64,000 nucleotides of DNA from Roseibacillus sp. (GTDB taxonomy: Bacteria; Verrucomicrobiota; Verrucomicrobiia; Verrucomicrobiales; Akkermansiaceae), in contig JBPOGI010000001.1 in the NCBI GenBank assembly GCA_051251855.1, forward strand, positions 1,216,001 through 1,280,000. Reading direction: 5' to 3'. Positions 9,617 through 18,629 of the stretch are shown piece after piece; the first letter of the stretch is position 1, and each line of letters begins with the position of its first letter. The translations under genes were made by a program, and so were the position numbers. Below the pieces are notes generated by a model that was not told the origin of the DNA, did not search any database, and saw nothing but the letters and a program-made list of their open reading frames with translations.

Positions 9617-9737
9617 ATGTAGCAAGCAACTTTGCTTGTTGCAGTCTTCATATAAAGGGTGAACACCGTAGGGGATCTGAACAACCCTCTACAAACAAAG
9701 CTGGGGAAGTCTTTCGGGACTTCCCCAGTTTGTTTTC
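9617..9737 (+). ncRNA. Candidate structured small RNA of about 120 nt
   Basis: 5' hairpin GUAGCAAGCA-ACUU-UGCUUGUUGC that needs G-U pairs on the + strand, central AGGGU/ACCCU pairing, 3' terminator hairpin, candidate promoter directly upstream. Confidence 0.4.
9693..9737 (+). terminator. Intrinsic terminator, probably bidirectional (also downstream of rodA)
   Basis: AAACAAAG-CTGGGGAAGTCT-TTCG-GGACTTCCCCAG-TTTGTTTT. Confidence 0.85.
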
Positions 9738-9763
9738 CCCCAAAAGTCTTACGCTAAGCCTCG

Positions 9764-10960
9764 CTATCGAGCTCGTTCCTGCCGTCCATCCACCACCCCA
9801 TGCATCTCGTTGCGATGGACCCAGATACTTTGGACCAATCCCAACAAAAACATGCAGATCAGGACAAATGTTCCCGAATAGCTAATCAAAGGCAGCGGAA
9901 TTCCCGTAATCGGCATCAGTAGCACACACATCCCCACACTCTCAAAGATGTGCGCAAAAAACATCGCCACCACCCCCGAAGCCACCACCTGCCCTAAAAA
10001 ATCGCGACTATAGAAAGCCACGAAGAGCACCTGGATCAGCAACAACGCAAAAGAGGTCAGCATCAGCAGAGACCCGCGAAACCCCTGTTCCTCCGCAATC
10101 ACTGCAAAAATGTAGTCGTTGTGAGCCGTGGTCCACGGAATGTATTTTTTATCGTGAATCGAACCCCGTTCAGCTTTCGCCTTGTAGCCCATCCCCTTCC
10201 ATCCCGCTTGGCCCACCGCGAGGGAAACGTAGTACGATGCGTAGGTTTCATCACTCTTCTCCACCTTGCCATCACGCAAAAACTCCAAATACTGGTCAAT
10301 CCGCCCACTGGCACGATCGGAGACCTCCGGCAGAATCAAATAGTAAATAATCGGCAACATTCCGACCCCGGTGAGAATGATCGCGCTCAGGTAGCGGAAC
10401 GGAATTCCACCCACCAGCAGCGTCACAAATGCCACTGGCAGAAAAACAATCGCCGATCCCATGTCTCCGTTCTTCACAACGAGAACGAAAGGAACTCCAC
10501 AGACCACCGCCACAAAGGCCAGCTTCACCAGAGGTTCCCCAAAAATGCGATGAAAGCGCGGCAATTGGTCAAAAGCGGTTCCCAGTAGAATAATTCCTGC
10601 CGCCAGAACGAACGTCGTGGGCTGAAAACTAAAAGGAATCCCGGGAATCTGAAGCTGGTGAACCGCCGGCGCAGGAGCCTCCCAAATCCCAAACATAAGC
10701 ATCACCTGCAAAGTAACACCGCCCAAATACATCGGAATCGCCAGCCATTTCACCCAACGATAGTCAATAAGCGCCGTGCAAAAGTAGACCACGCTCCCCA
10801 AAAGAATAAACATCTTCTGATTGCGGGAAAAGTACTCACCTCCTTGAGGCAGGTGACGAGCGGCGCTTTCAATCGAAAAGACCCCAAACACCAAGAGCCC
10901 AAACATCACGATCACGAGGACCCAGTTCAGACCGAGGATTTTTCGAAGAAGAGGAGTCAC
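9764..10960 (-). CDS. rodA: SEDS family peptidoglycan polymerase RodA/FtsW
   Basis: FQP, GDMGSA, AHNDYIFAVIAEEQGF, MPITGIPLPLISYSGT; about 10 TM segments. Confidence 0.9.
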   Translation of the reverse strand: MTPLLRKILGLNWVLVIVMFGLLVFGVFSIESAARHLPQGGEYFSRNQKMFILLGSVVYFCTALIDYRWVKWLAIPMYLGGVTLQVMLMFGIWEAPAPAVHQLQIPGIPFSFQPTTFVLAAGIILLGTAFDQLPRFHRIFGEPLVKLAFVAVVCGVPFVLVVKNGDMGSAIVFLPVAFVTLLVGGIPFRYLSAIILTGVGMLPIIYYLILPEVSDRASGRIDQYLEFLRDGKVEKSDETYASYYVSLAVGQAGWKGMGYKAKAERGSIHDKKYIPWTTAHNDYIFAVIAEEQGFRGSLLMLTSFALLLIQVLFVAFYSRDFLGQVVASGVVAMFFAHIFESVGMCVLLMPITGIPLPLISYSGTFVLICMFLLGLVQSIWVHRNEMHGVVDGRQERAR

Positions 10961-11065
10961 AGGATGAGTCCCAAAAAGTGCCCCCTACCTAACCTCGACA
11001 CAAGCCCCAGCCGTGGCTGCAACCGAATATTTAAAAGGAGGACCGAATTCAGTCGTCCACCATCC

Positions 11066-12112
11066 TCAAAACCACTTCGCCCAAACCTCCGACCCTCGCC
11101 CACTCTCTTCCAACTGCTTTCTCCGCCCCTCAGGCAAAAGCTCCATCTCCCTTCTCTCATATCCACGCCCCTCAAAGAACTTTGCGGCCCGGTTGGTCAG
11201 CGCAAAAAGCCCCTTCATACCTGAATTCTTCCCTTTCTCTTCGGCAGCATTCACCAGCTCCACCCCATAGTTTCTCCCCATGTGGCTTTCCTTCACATAA
11301 AGACAAGCCAGCTCCCCCAAGTCATGCCCCGAATAAGAATGCACCGCCACGCAGCCCACCACGTTGTCATCTACGGTCAAAAGCAGAAAGTCACCCAACC
11401 GAGTCGCTACCTGCTCGTAAGTTCTAGGCACCAAATGCGCGGCCCGAACCGAACGACCCATCATCGCTAACAGCTCTGGAATATCCTCCTCACGCAACGC
11501 CCTGACCTCGCGATAACTATCGGTGTGAACCATCGTCCCGACCCCTTCGTTAGAAAAAATCTCCGAAGTGAGAGCCCCCTGCAAATGCCCGTCCAAGAGA
11601 TGAACCCGCGGCACTCCGCGACGACAAATCTCTGCTGCCATCACCAGTAGCTCCGGATCCTCCCCGTTCTGAATCGTCGCCTCAGCCACACTCGGCAACC
11701 TCCCGAAGTCAGGCATATCGTTCAGCAAAACCATCAGCTTCGCCGCCGAAAGCTCTTTCGCCAAATTCCCAACCGCTGTCGCTAGCACCCGGCTCCCCCG
11801 ACCATCGACCATCGCCGCCTGCCCGCGCTTCAACAACGCGTCACAAGCCTCAACGCAACCCTCCTGTCCCAAAACTTCCTTCACGGTCTCCGCCTTAAAC
11901 TCAGACTCCACCGCCCAATTCGACAAATCACCAAGATCACCCCCCACCACGACCACCACCAGGTGAACCCCGATGCGTTGCAACGCAATCAAGTCCAGCA
12001 ATGTCTCCGCAACTGCAGACTCGGGCAAAAGCCCCTCATCAAAGACCACCACAAAGGTCTTGCCCGCAAAAAGCGGCACATATTGCAGAACTTCGCGGAC
12101 GTCACCATTCAT
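11066..12112 (-). CDS. argA: Amino-acid N-acetyltransferase (kinase-like plus GNAT domains)
   Basis: YVPLFAGKTFVV, GVPRVHLLDG...EIFSNEGVGTMV, ELACLYV, LFALT. Confidence 0.88.
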   Translation of the reverse strand: MNGDVREVLQYVPLFAGKTFVVVFDEGLLPESAVAETLLDLIALQRIGVHLVVVVVGGDLGDLSNWAVESEFKAETVKEVLGQEGCVEACDALLKRGQAAMVDGRGSRVLATAVGNLAKELSAAKLMVLLNDMPDFGRLPSVAEATIQNGEDPELLVMAAEICRRGVPRVHLLDGHLQGALTSEIFSNEGVGTMVHTDSYREVRALREEDIPELLAMMGRSVRAAHLVPRTYEQVATRLGDFLLLTVDDNVVGCVAVHSYSGHDLGELACLYVKESHMGRNYGVELVNAAEEKGKNSGMKGLFALTNRAAKFFEGRGYERREMELLPEGRRKQLEESGRGSEVWAKWF

Positions 12113-12127
12113 TGCACTCGCCTTTCA

Positions 12128-12607
12128 TCACAGGCCTAGCCCTGCTTCGCCTTCCAGAGCCTTCCTCAGCTCACCTTGGAAAGCCATCAAGTCCGCCTGC
12201 GTCGGCTGATACCCAGCAGTATCAGGGTCCAAAGAAGGTCTCCCTGCAGGATCAATCATCCAACGACCATTCTCACCATCACTGAAGGTCACCCGCCCCG
12301 AAACCATCGCGCCTGCCACCGTAATTTGGTCTACAGACACCGAAACCGCACCCGTCCCTCCAGCCTGAGGCGCGATCGAAGCATCTTCAGAGCCCTCTTC
12401 TTCAGCAGGCTTCTCTGGCTCAGGCTCCTCTTCTGTCTGAATCTCCAGCCCCAAGTCCAAAACCACAAAGCGCATATCCATGTAGGTGACGTTGCAGGAA
12501 AACTCCTCCTTCATCTTACGCTGCAAGTCCGCAAGCTGGTCTCCTTCCGCAGCCCACTGGCGCAAAGTCTCGATTTGCTCTTCGCTTAAGTCTTTCGATT
12601 GAAACAT
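12128..12607 (-). CDS. Hypothetical cytoplasmic protein
   Basis: Clean ORF cotranscribed with argA; two small domains joined by an acidic linker. Confidence 0.7.
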   Translation of the reverse strand: MFQSKDLSEEQIETLRQWAAEGDQLADLQRKMKEEFSCNVTYMDMRFVVLDLGLEIQTEEEPEPEKPAEEEGSEDASIAPQAGGTGAVSVSVDQITVAGAMVSGRVTFSDGENGRWMIDPAGRPSLDPDTAGYQPTQADLMAFQGELRKALEGEAGLGL

Positions 12608-12688
12608 CTGAGGGGGTGTAAACTCGGAAAGGCTGCAAACTCAACAACCGATTGCGGAATCTCCTCTCCAGCGCCTCTCCGCAAGCGA

Positions 12689-14347
12689 CTATTTTTTCTC
12701 GGCAAGCTCGGCCTCGCGCCGCTTCTTGAAGGCATGTGAAATCTCAATCGCTTTCGCCTGGTCAGCGGCATCGTAGTCCCAAAACTCCTGCACCACCGCC
12801 TCGCACTTTGGAAAATGGCTTCCATCGTCTCCCACCTTCAACCGCAGTTCCGCGAGTTCCACCTTCAGCTGGTCACGAATCTCAGCATAGTCAGGGCTAT
12901 CGTAGACATTGTTCAGCTCCGCCGTGTCCTTCACCAGATCATAGAGTTCCCAAGCCGGAGGAGTCGCGTTCTCGCCTTCATAGTCCACTCCGTAAAAATA
13001 GACCAACTTGTGCGTCTTGGTCCGAATCGCCATCTCACCAGGATTGTCGTGGTGAGCCATATGCATCCAATAACGGTAGTAAGCAGCCTGCTTCCACCCC
13101 TCAGGCTCTTCACCTGTCTCCGCAATTTCTCGGAAGGACTTACCCTGCACCGTTTCAGGAATCTTCGCCCCCGCATAATCGAGCATCAGCGCGGGAAAAT
13201 CGACATTCTCAATAATGGCATCACGGCGAACTCCCGCCGGCATCGCCTCGGGATAGCGCATAATGAGAGGCATGCGCATCGATGGGTCATAGGCCCAGCG
13301 CTTATCCTGATAGTCGTTCTCGCCCAACCAGAATCCTTGGTCCCCTGTGTAAATAATCAGGGTATTATCGTAGAGCCCCTCCTTCTTTAAATAATCGAAG
13401 AGACGCTTCAAATTATCATCCACCCCCTTCACACAGCGGAGATACTTTTTGAGATAGGCCTGATAAGCCAACTTGGTCGTCTCCTTCTCCGAAGACTTGG
13501 CTGGGTCATAGTCCGCTGGAAACTCTTCTGGGAAAAGCGTTCCCAAATCCACCGCATAGGAACGCCTTGGATTGCGTGTCCCAATCGAGGTCCCGATATG
13601 AGGCATCAGCTCGTCTAAATAACCCCGAGTCGCCAGAGAGCCAAAGGTCTTGGGAACCTCATAGAGAGTCGCTGGCTCTGGCACCTCGACCTCAGCGAGG
13701 TAACTTTGATAGCGCTCCGCATTCTCGAACATATCGTGAGGAGCCTTGAATTGATGGCAGAGGAAAAAGGGCTTCGACGGATCACGCTTTTCCTTAAACC
13801 AAGCCAGAGTCGAGTCCGTGATGGCGTCCGAAGAATGCGCTCCCTCGTGGCTCACCAGATTTTTTCCGAACGGCTTCTCCCCCTGCACCCGAAACACAGG
13901 ATCATGATACAGGCCTTGGCCAGGGAGCACCTTGTAGTAGTCGAAGTTTGGCTCCACCTTGAGATGCCACTTTCCAATCATGGCCGTCTCATAACCCGCC
14001 GCCTTCATCTGAATCGGAAGCATTTGATTCTCGGGCAAAATCTTTCCCCATAAATCCGGCACCCCATTCACATGAGGATATTGCCCCGTAATGATACAGG
14101 CACGACTCGGCGTGCAAATGGCATTGGTGCAAAAGGCACGGTCAAAGGTCACTCCCTCGGCCGCCAAATTGTCGATCGTCGGCGTCGGATTCAGTTCCTT
14201 CAAGAGAGTCGCATAAGCTCCCACCGCTTGGGTGGTGTGATCATCCGACATAATGAACAGAATATTGGGTTTCTTTCCCTCTTCAGCAGTAGAGAAAGAG
14301 GCAAGCATCGCAAAGGCGCCCACTGCGGTAAAACTACGAATCGTCAT
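12689..14347 (-). CDS. Exported formylglycine-dependent (S1) sulfatase
   Basis: Signal peptide, KPNILFIMSDD, CTPSRACIITG (CxPxR), GKWHL, GDQG...DKR, WELYDLVKD. Confidence 0.95.
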   Translation of the reverse strand: MTIRSFTAVGAFAMLASFSTAEEGKKPNILFIMSDDHTTQAVGAYATLLKELNPTPTIDNLAAEGVTFDRAFCTNAICTPSRACIITGQYPHVNGVPDLWGKILPENQMLPIQMKAAGYETAMIGKWHLKVEPNFDYYKVLPGQGLYHDPVFRVQGEKPFGKNLVSHEGAHSSDAITDSTLAWFKEKRDPSKPFFLCHQFKAPHDMFENAERYQSYLAEVEVPEPATLYEVPKTFGSLATRGYLDELMPHIGTSIGTRNPRRSYAVDLGTLFPEEFPADYDPAKSSEKETTKLAYQAYLKKYLRCVKGVDDNLKRLFDYLKKEGLYDNTLIIYTGDQGFWLGENDYQDKRWAYDPSMRMPLIMRYPEAMPAGVRRDAIIENVDFPALMLDYAGAKIPETVQGKSFREIAETGEEPEGWKQAAYYRYWMHMAHHDNPGEMAIRTKTHKLVYFYGVDYEGENATPPAWELYDLVKDTAELNNVYDSPDYAEIRDQLKVELAELRLKVGDDGSHFPKCEAVVQEFWDYDAADQAKAIEISHAFKKRREAELAEKK

Positions 14348-14533
14348 GTTGAGAAGGTTATGCCCTGCCAAGGCTGCAAATTGTCCACAAAATGACCAAA
14401 ATCATGGCATAGGCCCTTTTTTTCTATCTACAGGGCTACTGCGAGCCTCCTCTTCGCCCGAGCTCACTCTGACTCCATTTCTCGATTCTATTGATAGATT
14501 TTCTCCACCTCTGAAGTAATTTCGCCCAGTTTT

Positions 14534-15835
14534 ATGTCTTTCCAAACGAACACCACCAGCCGCCGGTCCTTCCTGCGCATCGGAGGCTCCGTGCTAGCAT
14601 TGCCCTTCCTCGAAACCTTTGCAGCTCCCAAAGCAGCTGTTGCAGCTCCAGCAAAGCGCATGATCTTCCTCGGCGGCGGCTTCGGCTTCACCAATGACAC
14701 CTTCTATCCCAAAAAAGCCGGCCGTTTCGAAGAAATCGGCATGACCGAAGGCCTCTCCCCTCTGGAACGCCACAAGAACGACCTCACCATGGTCTCCAAC
14801 CTCACCAATCTCGGCGCCACCAACCCCCACGGCGGCTCCACCTCCTATCTCACCGGAGCCAACGTCGCGGGAACCCCCGGCAAGCGCTTTCACAACTCCA
14901 TCTCCTGCGACCAAATCGCCGCCCAGCATCTGGGCCAAAACACCCGCTACGCCTCCCTCGTTCTTGCCGCCAAAGAACCCGACGGTCTGCAAAATGCGGG
15001 TCACGGCAACGGCCTCTCCCTCTCCTGGGACGAATCAGGCAACCCCATCCCCGGCATCCAGCGTCCCCTCGACCTCTACCACCAACTCTTCGCCCACGCC
15101 GGCGACTCCCGGGACGAACTCGATACCCGCCTTAAGAAAAAGCAGTCCATCCTCGACCTTGTCCGCATTGACGGTTCCAGCATGAAGCGCACCCTCAGCA
15201 AGGGCGACCGCGAAAAACTCGATGAATACTTCACCGGCGTGCGCCAAGTCGAAAAAGGGCTCGAGCGCCAAGCTCAGTGGGCCGACGTCCCCAAGCCAAA
15301 AGCTCCTTTCCAAGCACCCGACGAAGGCCTCACCGGAGAAGAAGCCATTCACCTCATGTACGACATGATGATCATCGCCCTGCAAACCGGCATGACCAAC
15401 GTCATCTCTTACCGTCAGCCCGTCTGCTCCCTCCTCGCCGGCATGGGCATCACCATCAAGGCTCACTCCCTCAGTCACTACGGATTCTCCGAGCCCCGCA
15501 TTCAGGCCTCTCGCGAACGGGATAAAAAGTGCAGCGGATTGTTAGCCCACTTCCTCGACCGTCTCAAGGAAGCCAAAGACAGCGACGGCTCCCGCCTCTT
15601 CGACAACTGCATTGTCAGCTACGGCTCCAACCTGCGCAGCGGCCATCAACTCAAGAACGTTCCCGCCATCCTCTCTGGGGGCGGAGCCAAAGACATCTCT
15701 CTCGGTCGCCACCTCGCCCTCCCCAAGAAAGACACCCCCCTTGCCAACTACTGGCTCACCCTCATGCAACAAGCCGGGGTGCCAGCGGAAAAATTCAGCC
15801 ATAGCACCGGCATCCTTCCCGAACTCATTAGCTAG
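14534..15835 (+). CDS. DUF1552 family protein with Tat signal
   Basis: SRRSFLR...LALPFLE Tat leader, SISCDQIAA, LSW...P, DREKLDEYF, HSLSH, DGSRLFDN, H-x3-NVP. Confidence 0.88.
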   Translation: MSFQTNTTSRRSFLRIGGSVLALPFLETFAAPKAAVAAPAKRMIFLGGGFGFTNDTFYPKKAGRFEEIGMTEGLSPLERHKNDLTMVSNLTNLGATNPHGGSTSYLTGANVAGTPGKRFHNSISCDQIAAQHLGQNTRYASLVLAAKEPDGLQNAGHGNGLSLSWDESGNPIPGIQRPLDLYHQLFAHAGDSRDELDTRLKKKQSILDLVRIDGSSMKRTLSKGDREKLDEYFTGVRQVEKGLERQAQWADVPKPKAPFQAPDEGLTGEEAIHLMYDMMIIALQTGMTNVISYRQPVCSLLAGMGITIKAHSLSHYGFSEPRIQASRERDKKCSGLLAHFLDRLKEAKDSDGSRLFDNCIVSYGSNLRSGHQLKNVPAILSGGGAKDISLGRHLALPKKDTPLANYWLTLMQQAGVPAEKFSHSTGILPELIS

Positions 15836-15839
15836 TCTC

Positions 15840-18323
15840 ATGAAGTCACTCCTCTTCCTAGTAGGTTGTATCCTTGTGCCTCTCTCCGAAGCCGCTCCCA
15901 AGCATGCCAGCGTTTCAAAAGGCGTGATGGAACCCTTCCTCAACAAATACTGTATCCAATGTCACGGCCCCGACGAGCAAGAAGGCCAAATCCGCTTCGA
16001 CCTCACTGCTTGGGACATTTCCGACAACGACACCGCCCAACGCTGGCAAGACGTCCTCGACCAACTCAACGGTGGCGATATGCCTCCCTTCGAAGCCGAC
16101 GAGTTTCCCACCGACAAAGAACTCACCACCGTCCTTAATTCCCTCACCCGCTCCGTAAACACCGCCCGCAAACGCCTCACCGATCATGGAGGAGAAATCA
16201 AAATGCGCCGCCTCAATCGTCGCGAATATTCCGCCACCATCGAAGACCTTTTTGGCTTTAAAGTCGACCTCCACGACATTCCCGAGGACGGAGAAATCGC
16301 CACCTTCGACACCGTTGGCGAAGAACAATTCTTCACCTCCGTCCACCTCGAACAATACCTCGAACTCGGACGCGAAGTCGCCAAGAGCGCCTTCCAATAC
16401 AACACTCGCAAACGCGAAAACGTCAAACCAGTACGCTTCGAAGCAGAAAAGGAATACCTCGCAAAAATGCGCGAAGACCTCGCCGAGAAAGACCGCAAAA
16501 AAGCCCTCCTCGACGCCGGGAAAACTTGGAAGGAAGCCGGCTTCAAAGATGAAGGAGAAATGAAAATCCTTCTCAGCCAGTGGGACAGCCGCGCTGAGAT
16601 AGCCCGCAGTTACCTACAATACCCTCATATCGAAACAGGAGTCTACATCAGCTCCCGCACTAAGAACAGTGGTGCTCATCGCCACACCGACATTCGTGCC
16701 GACTATCTCGTTCGTGTCCATGGAGGCTTAGTCGAAAACCCTCCTGAGCTCAGAAAATTCATTCGTGTGATGGGCAATCGCGTCCCCTTGGGCACTCTCA
16801 AGATGGCGGGAACCCCTGAAAAGCCTCAATCCGTCACCTTGCGGGTCCGTCAACCCATGGGTTCCGCCCTCCTCGGTGTTCGCGTCCAGGAAAACACCCC
16901 CAACGACAACACCCGAGGCTACATCAATCAACTGGGTCACTCCCGCGAATACCCCGACCCCCGACCTTCCGTTTGGTTTGACTGGGTCGAAATCGAAGGT
17001 CCCTTTTACCCCAAGCAGCGCCCACTCTTCGAAGACCTCCTCTATCCTGGAATACCCACCGGACAAAATGGCCCCTATCTCAATCACGACGCACCCTCCC
17101 GCGAATTCATTGAGAAATTCGCCACCCTCGTCTTCCGCCGCAAAGCTCCTCAGCCCGCCTATCTAGACGCCCTCCTCGCAACCTTTAAAGAACTTCGAAA
17201 CTCCGGGGAAAGCTACAAACAAGCCATGGCCGAAGTCATCGCCATCGTCCTCTCCTCCCCTAGCTTTCTCTTCATCCAAGAAGCCGAGCCAGCCCAAGAC
17301 CAGCCTCACGAACTCCTCAGCAACCGAGAGCTCGCCATCCGTCTTTCGTACTTCCTCTGGAGCAGTCCTCCCGACGACCAACTTTACCTCGCCGATCTCG
17401 CCAACCCCAAAGTCTACGCCCAACAAGTCGACCGCCTCCTCGCCCACCCCAAGTCCAAAGCCTTTCGCGACGGCTTCATCAATCAATGGACCGACCTCGA
17501 GCGCTATGACGCCATCACCATCGACTACCGCAAGCACATTCACTTCAACCCCGGACTCACTTATGATGCCAAGCGCGAAGTGCGCGAATTCTTTGGCACC
17601 CTCCTCGCCGAGAACCTCCCCGTAGGCAACCTCATCGACTCCGACTTTGCCGTCCTCAACGGCGCCCTCGCCAACCACTACGACCTCCCTTACAAAAACA
17701 CCCGTGACGACTCCTTCCAGAAAGTTAAAATCCCAAAGAAGTCCCACCGTGGCGGCCTGCTCACTCAATCCGCCTTCCTCATCGCCGGTTCCAATGGCGA
17801 ACGCTCCTCCCCCGTCATTCGCGGTGCTCTTATCTTGGAAAAAATCCTCCACGACAAACCCGCCCCTCCTCCACCCAACGTTCCCGAACTCGAAGAAGCC
17901 TCCAAAAAGCCACACTCCAACCGCGAGCTCGTTCTCATGCACCAAAAGCGCCCCACCTGCGCTTCCTGTCACCAGAAAATGGACGTCATTGGATTCGGCC
18001 TCGAAAACTTCGACACCATCGGTCGCTGGCGAGACGCCGAGAAAGTGGGCCGCAAAGACGTCCCCATCCAACCCGGCGGCACCCTTCCTCAAGGAGGCTC
18101 CTTCGAGACCGTGAGCGAACTCAAGCAACTCCTCCTCCAACACGACGACGCCCTCGCCGAGGAACTCACCGAATCCGTCCTCGCCTACGCCCTCGGTCGC
18201 ACCGTCGAATTCTCCGACGGCGACGACGTCGACAAAATCCTCTCCAAGCTCAAAAAGAAGAACTACCCCCTCCGCGACCTCATCCGCGAAGTCGCCCTCA
18301 GCCCGCTCTTCAAGAAGAAGTAA
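15840..18323 (+). CDS. DUF1592/DUF1588/DUF1587/DUF1585 protein with planctomycete-type cytochrome c domain
   Basis: CIQCH...MPP, MRRLNRREY, ELAIRLSYFLWSSPPD, RGGLL, SPVIRG, CASCH...GFGLENFD, YALGR. Confidence 0.9.
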   Translation: MKSLLFLVGCILVPLSEAAPKHASVSKGVMEPFLNKYCIQCHGPDEQEGQIRFDLTAWDISDNDTAQRWQDVLDQLNGGDMPPFEADEFPTDKELTTVLNSLTRSVNTARKRLTDHGGEIKMRRLNRREYSATIEDLFGFKVDLHDIPEDGEIATFDTVGEEQFFTSVHLEQYLELGREVAKSAFQYNTRKRENVKPVRFEAEKEYLAKMREDLAEKDRKKALLDAGKTWKEAGFKDEGEMKILLSQWDSRAEIARSYLQYPHIETGVYISSRTKNSGAHRHTDIRADYLVRVHGGLVENPPELRKFIRVMGNRVPLGTLKMAGTPEKPQSVTLRVRQPMGSALLGVRVQENTPNDNTRGYINQLGHSREYPDPRPSVWFDWVEIEGPFYPKQRPLFEDLLYPGIPTGQNGPYLNHDAPSREFIEKFATLVFRRKAPQPAYLDALLATFKELRNSGESYKQAMAEVIAIVLSSPSFLFIQEAEPAQDQPHELLSNRELAIRLSYFLWSSPPDDQLYLADLANPKVYAQQVDRLLAHPKSKAFRDGFINQWTDLERYDAITIDYRKHIHFNPGLTYDAKREVREFFGTLLAENLPVGNLIDSDFAVLNGALANHYDLPYKNTRDDSFQKVKIPKKSHRGGLLTQSAFLIAGSNGERSSPVIRGALILEKILHDKPAPPPPNVPELEEASKKPHSNRELVLMHQKRPTCASCHQKMDVIGFGLENFDTIGRWRDAEKVGRKDVPIQPGGTLPQGGSFETVSELKQLLLQHDDALAEELTESVLAYALGRTVEFSDGDDVDKILSKLKKKNYPLRDLIREVALSPLFKKK

Positions 18324-18387
18324 AGCTTCTCTTTCCAAGGTGAGCCTACTCTAGTGGCTCTGTATTACGTGTCGAGGGTAAGAAATG

Positions 18388-18530
18388 GGAGCGTGGTCTT
18401 TCCAAGCCACCACCTTAAGATAGAGAATGGTGAGGGTAGGCCTGCTCGTTCCCGAATCCGCTGCTCCTATGGTGATTCGTCCGCTCTCCTATGAGCGAAA
18501 TCCACCCCAGCAGCTTAAAAAGCCACGCTC
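18388..18530. repeat. Inverted pair of REP-like hairpin units
   Basis: GGAGCGTGGTCTTTCCAAGCCAC (18388-18410) and the inverted copy GGAGCGTGGCTTTTAAGCTGC (18530-18510), between convergent genes. Confidence 0.5.
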
Positions 18531-18629
18531 CTGAGCCTGCGCCACTTTTCTCGCTATTTGCCTAACACGGTGCGATTCGACTTCAGTCGTCCCCAATCTG
18601 TCCGGCCCTATTCTCCTTTCCCAATCACC

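Noticed and set aside
9584..9737. SRP, 6S or tmRNA identity for the structured intergenic RNA
   Set aside because: No SRP helix-8 motif, too short for 6S, and no tRNA-like ends
9496..9885. Short ORFs 9496-9684 (-) and 9583-9885 (+)
   Set aside because: No motifs and weak starts; the + ORF runs through a terminator and into rodA antisense
17163..18338. 391-aa antisense ORF over the DUF1592 gene
   Set aside because: Codon-bias shadow of a well-supported + strand gene
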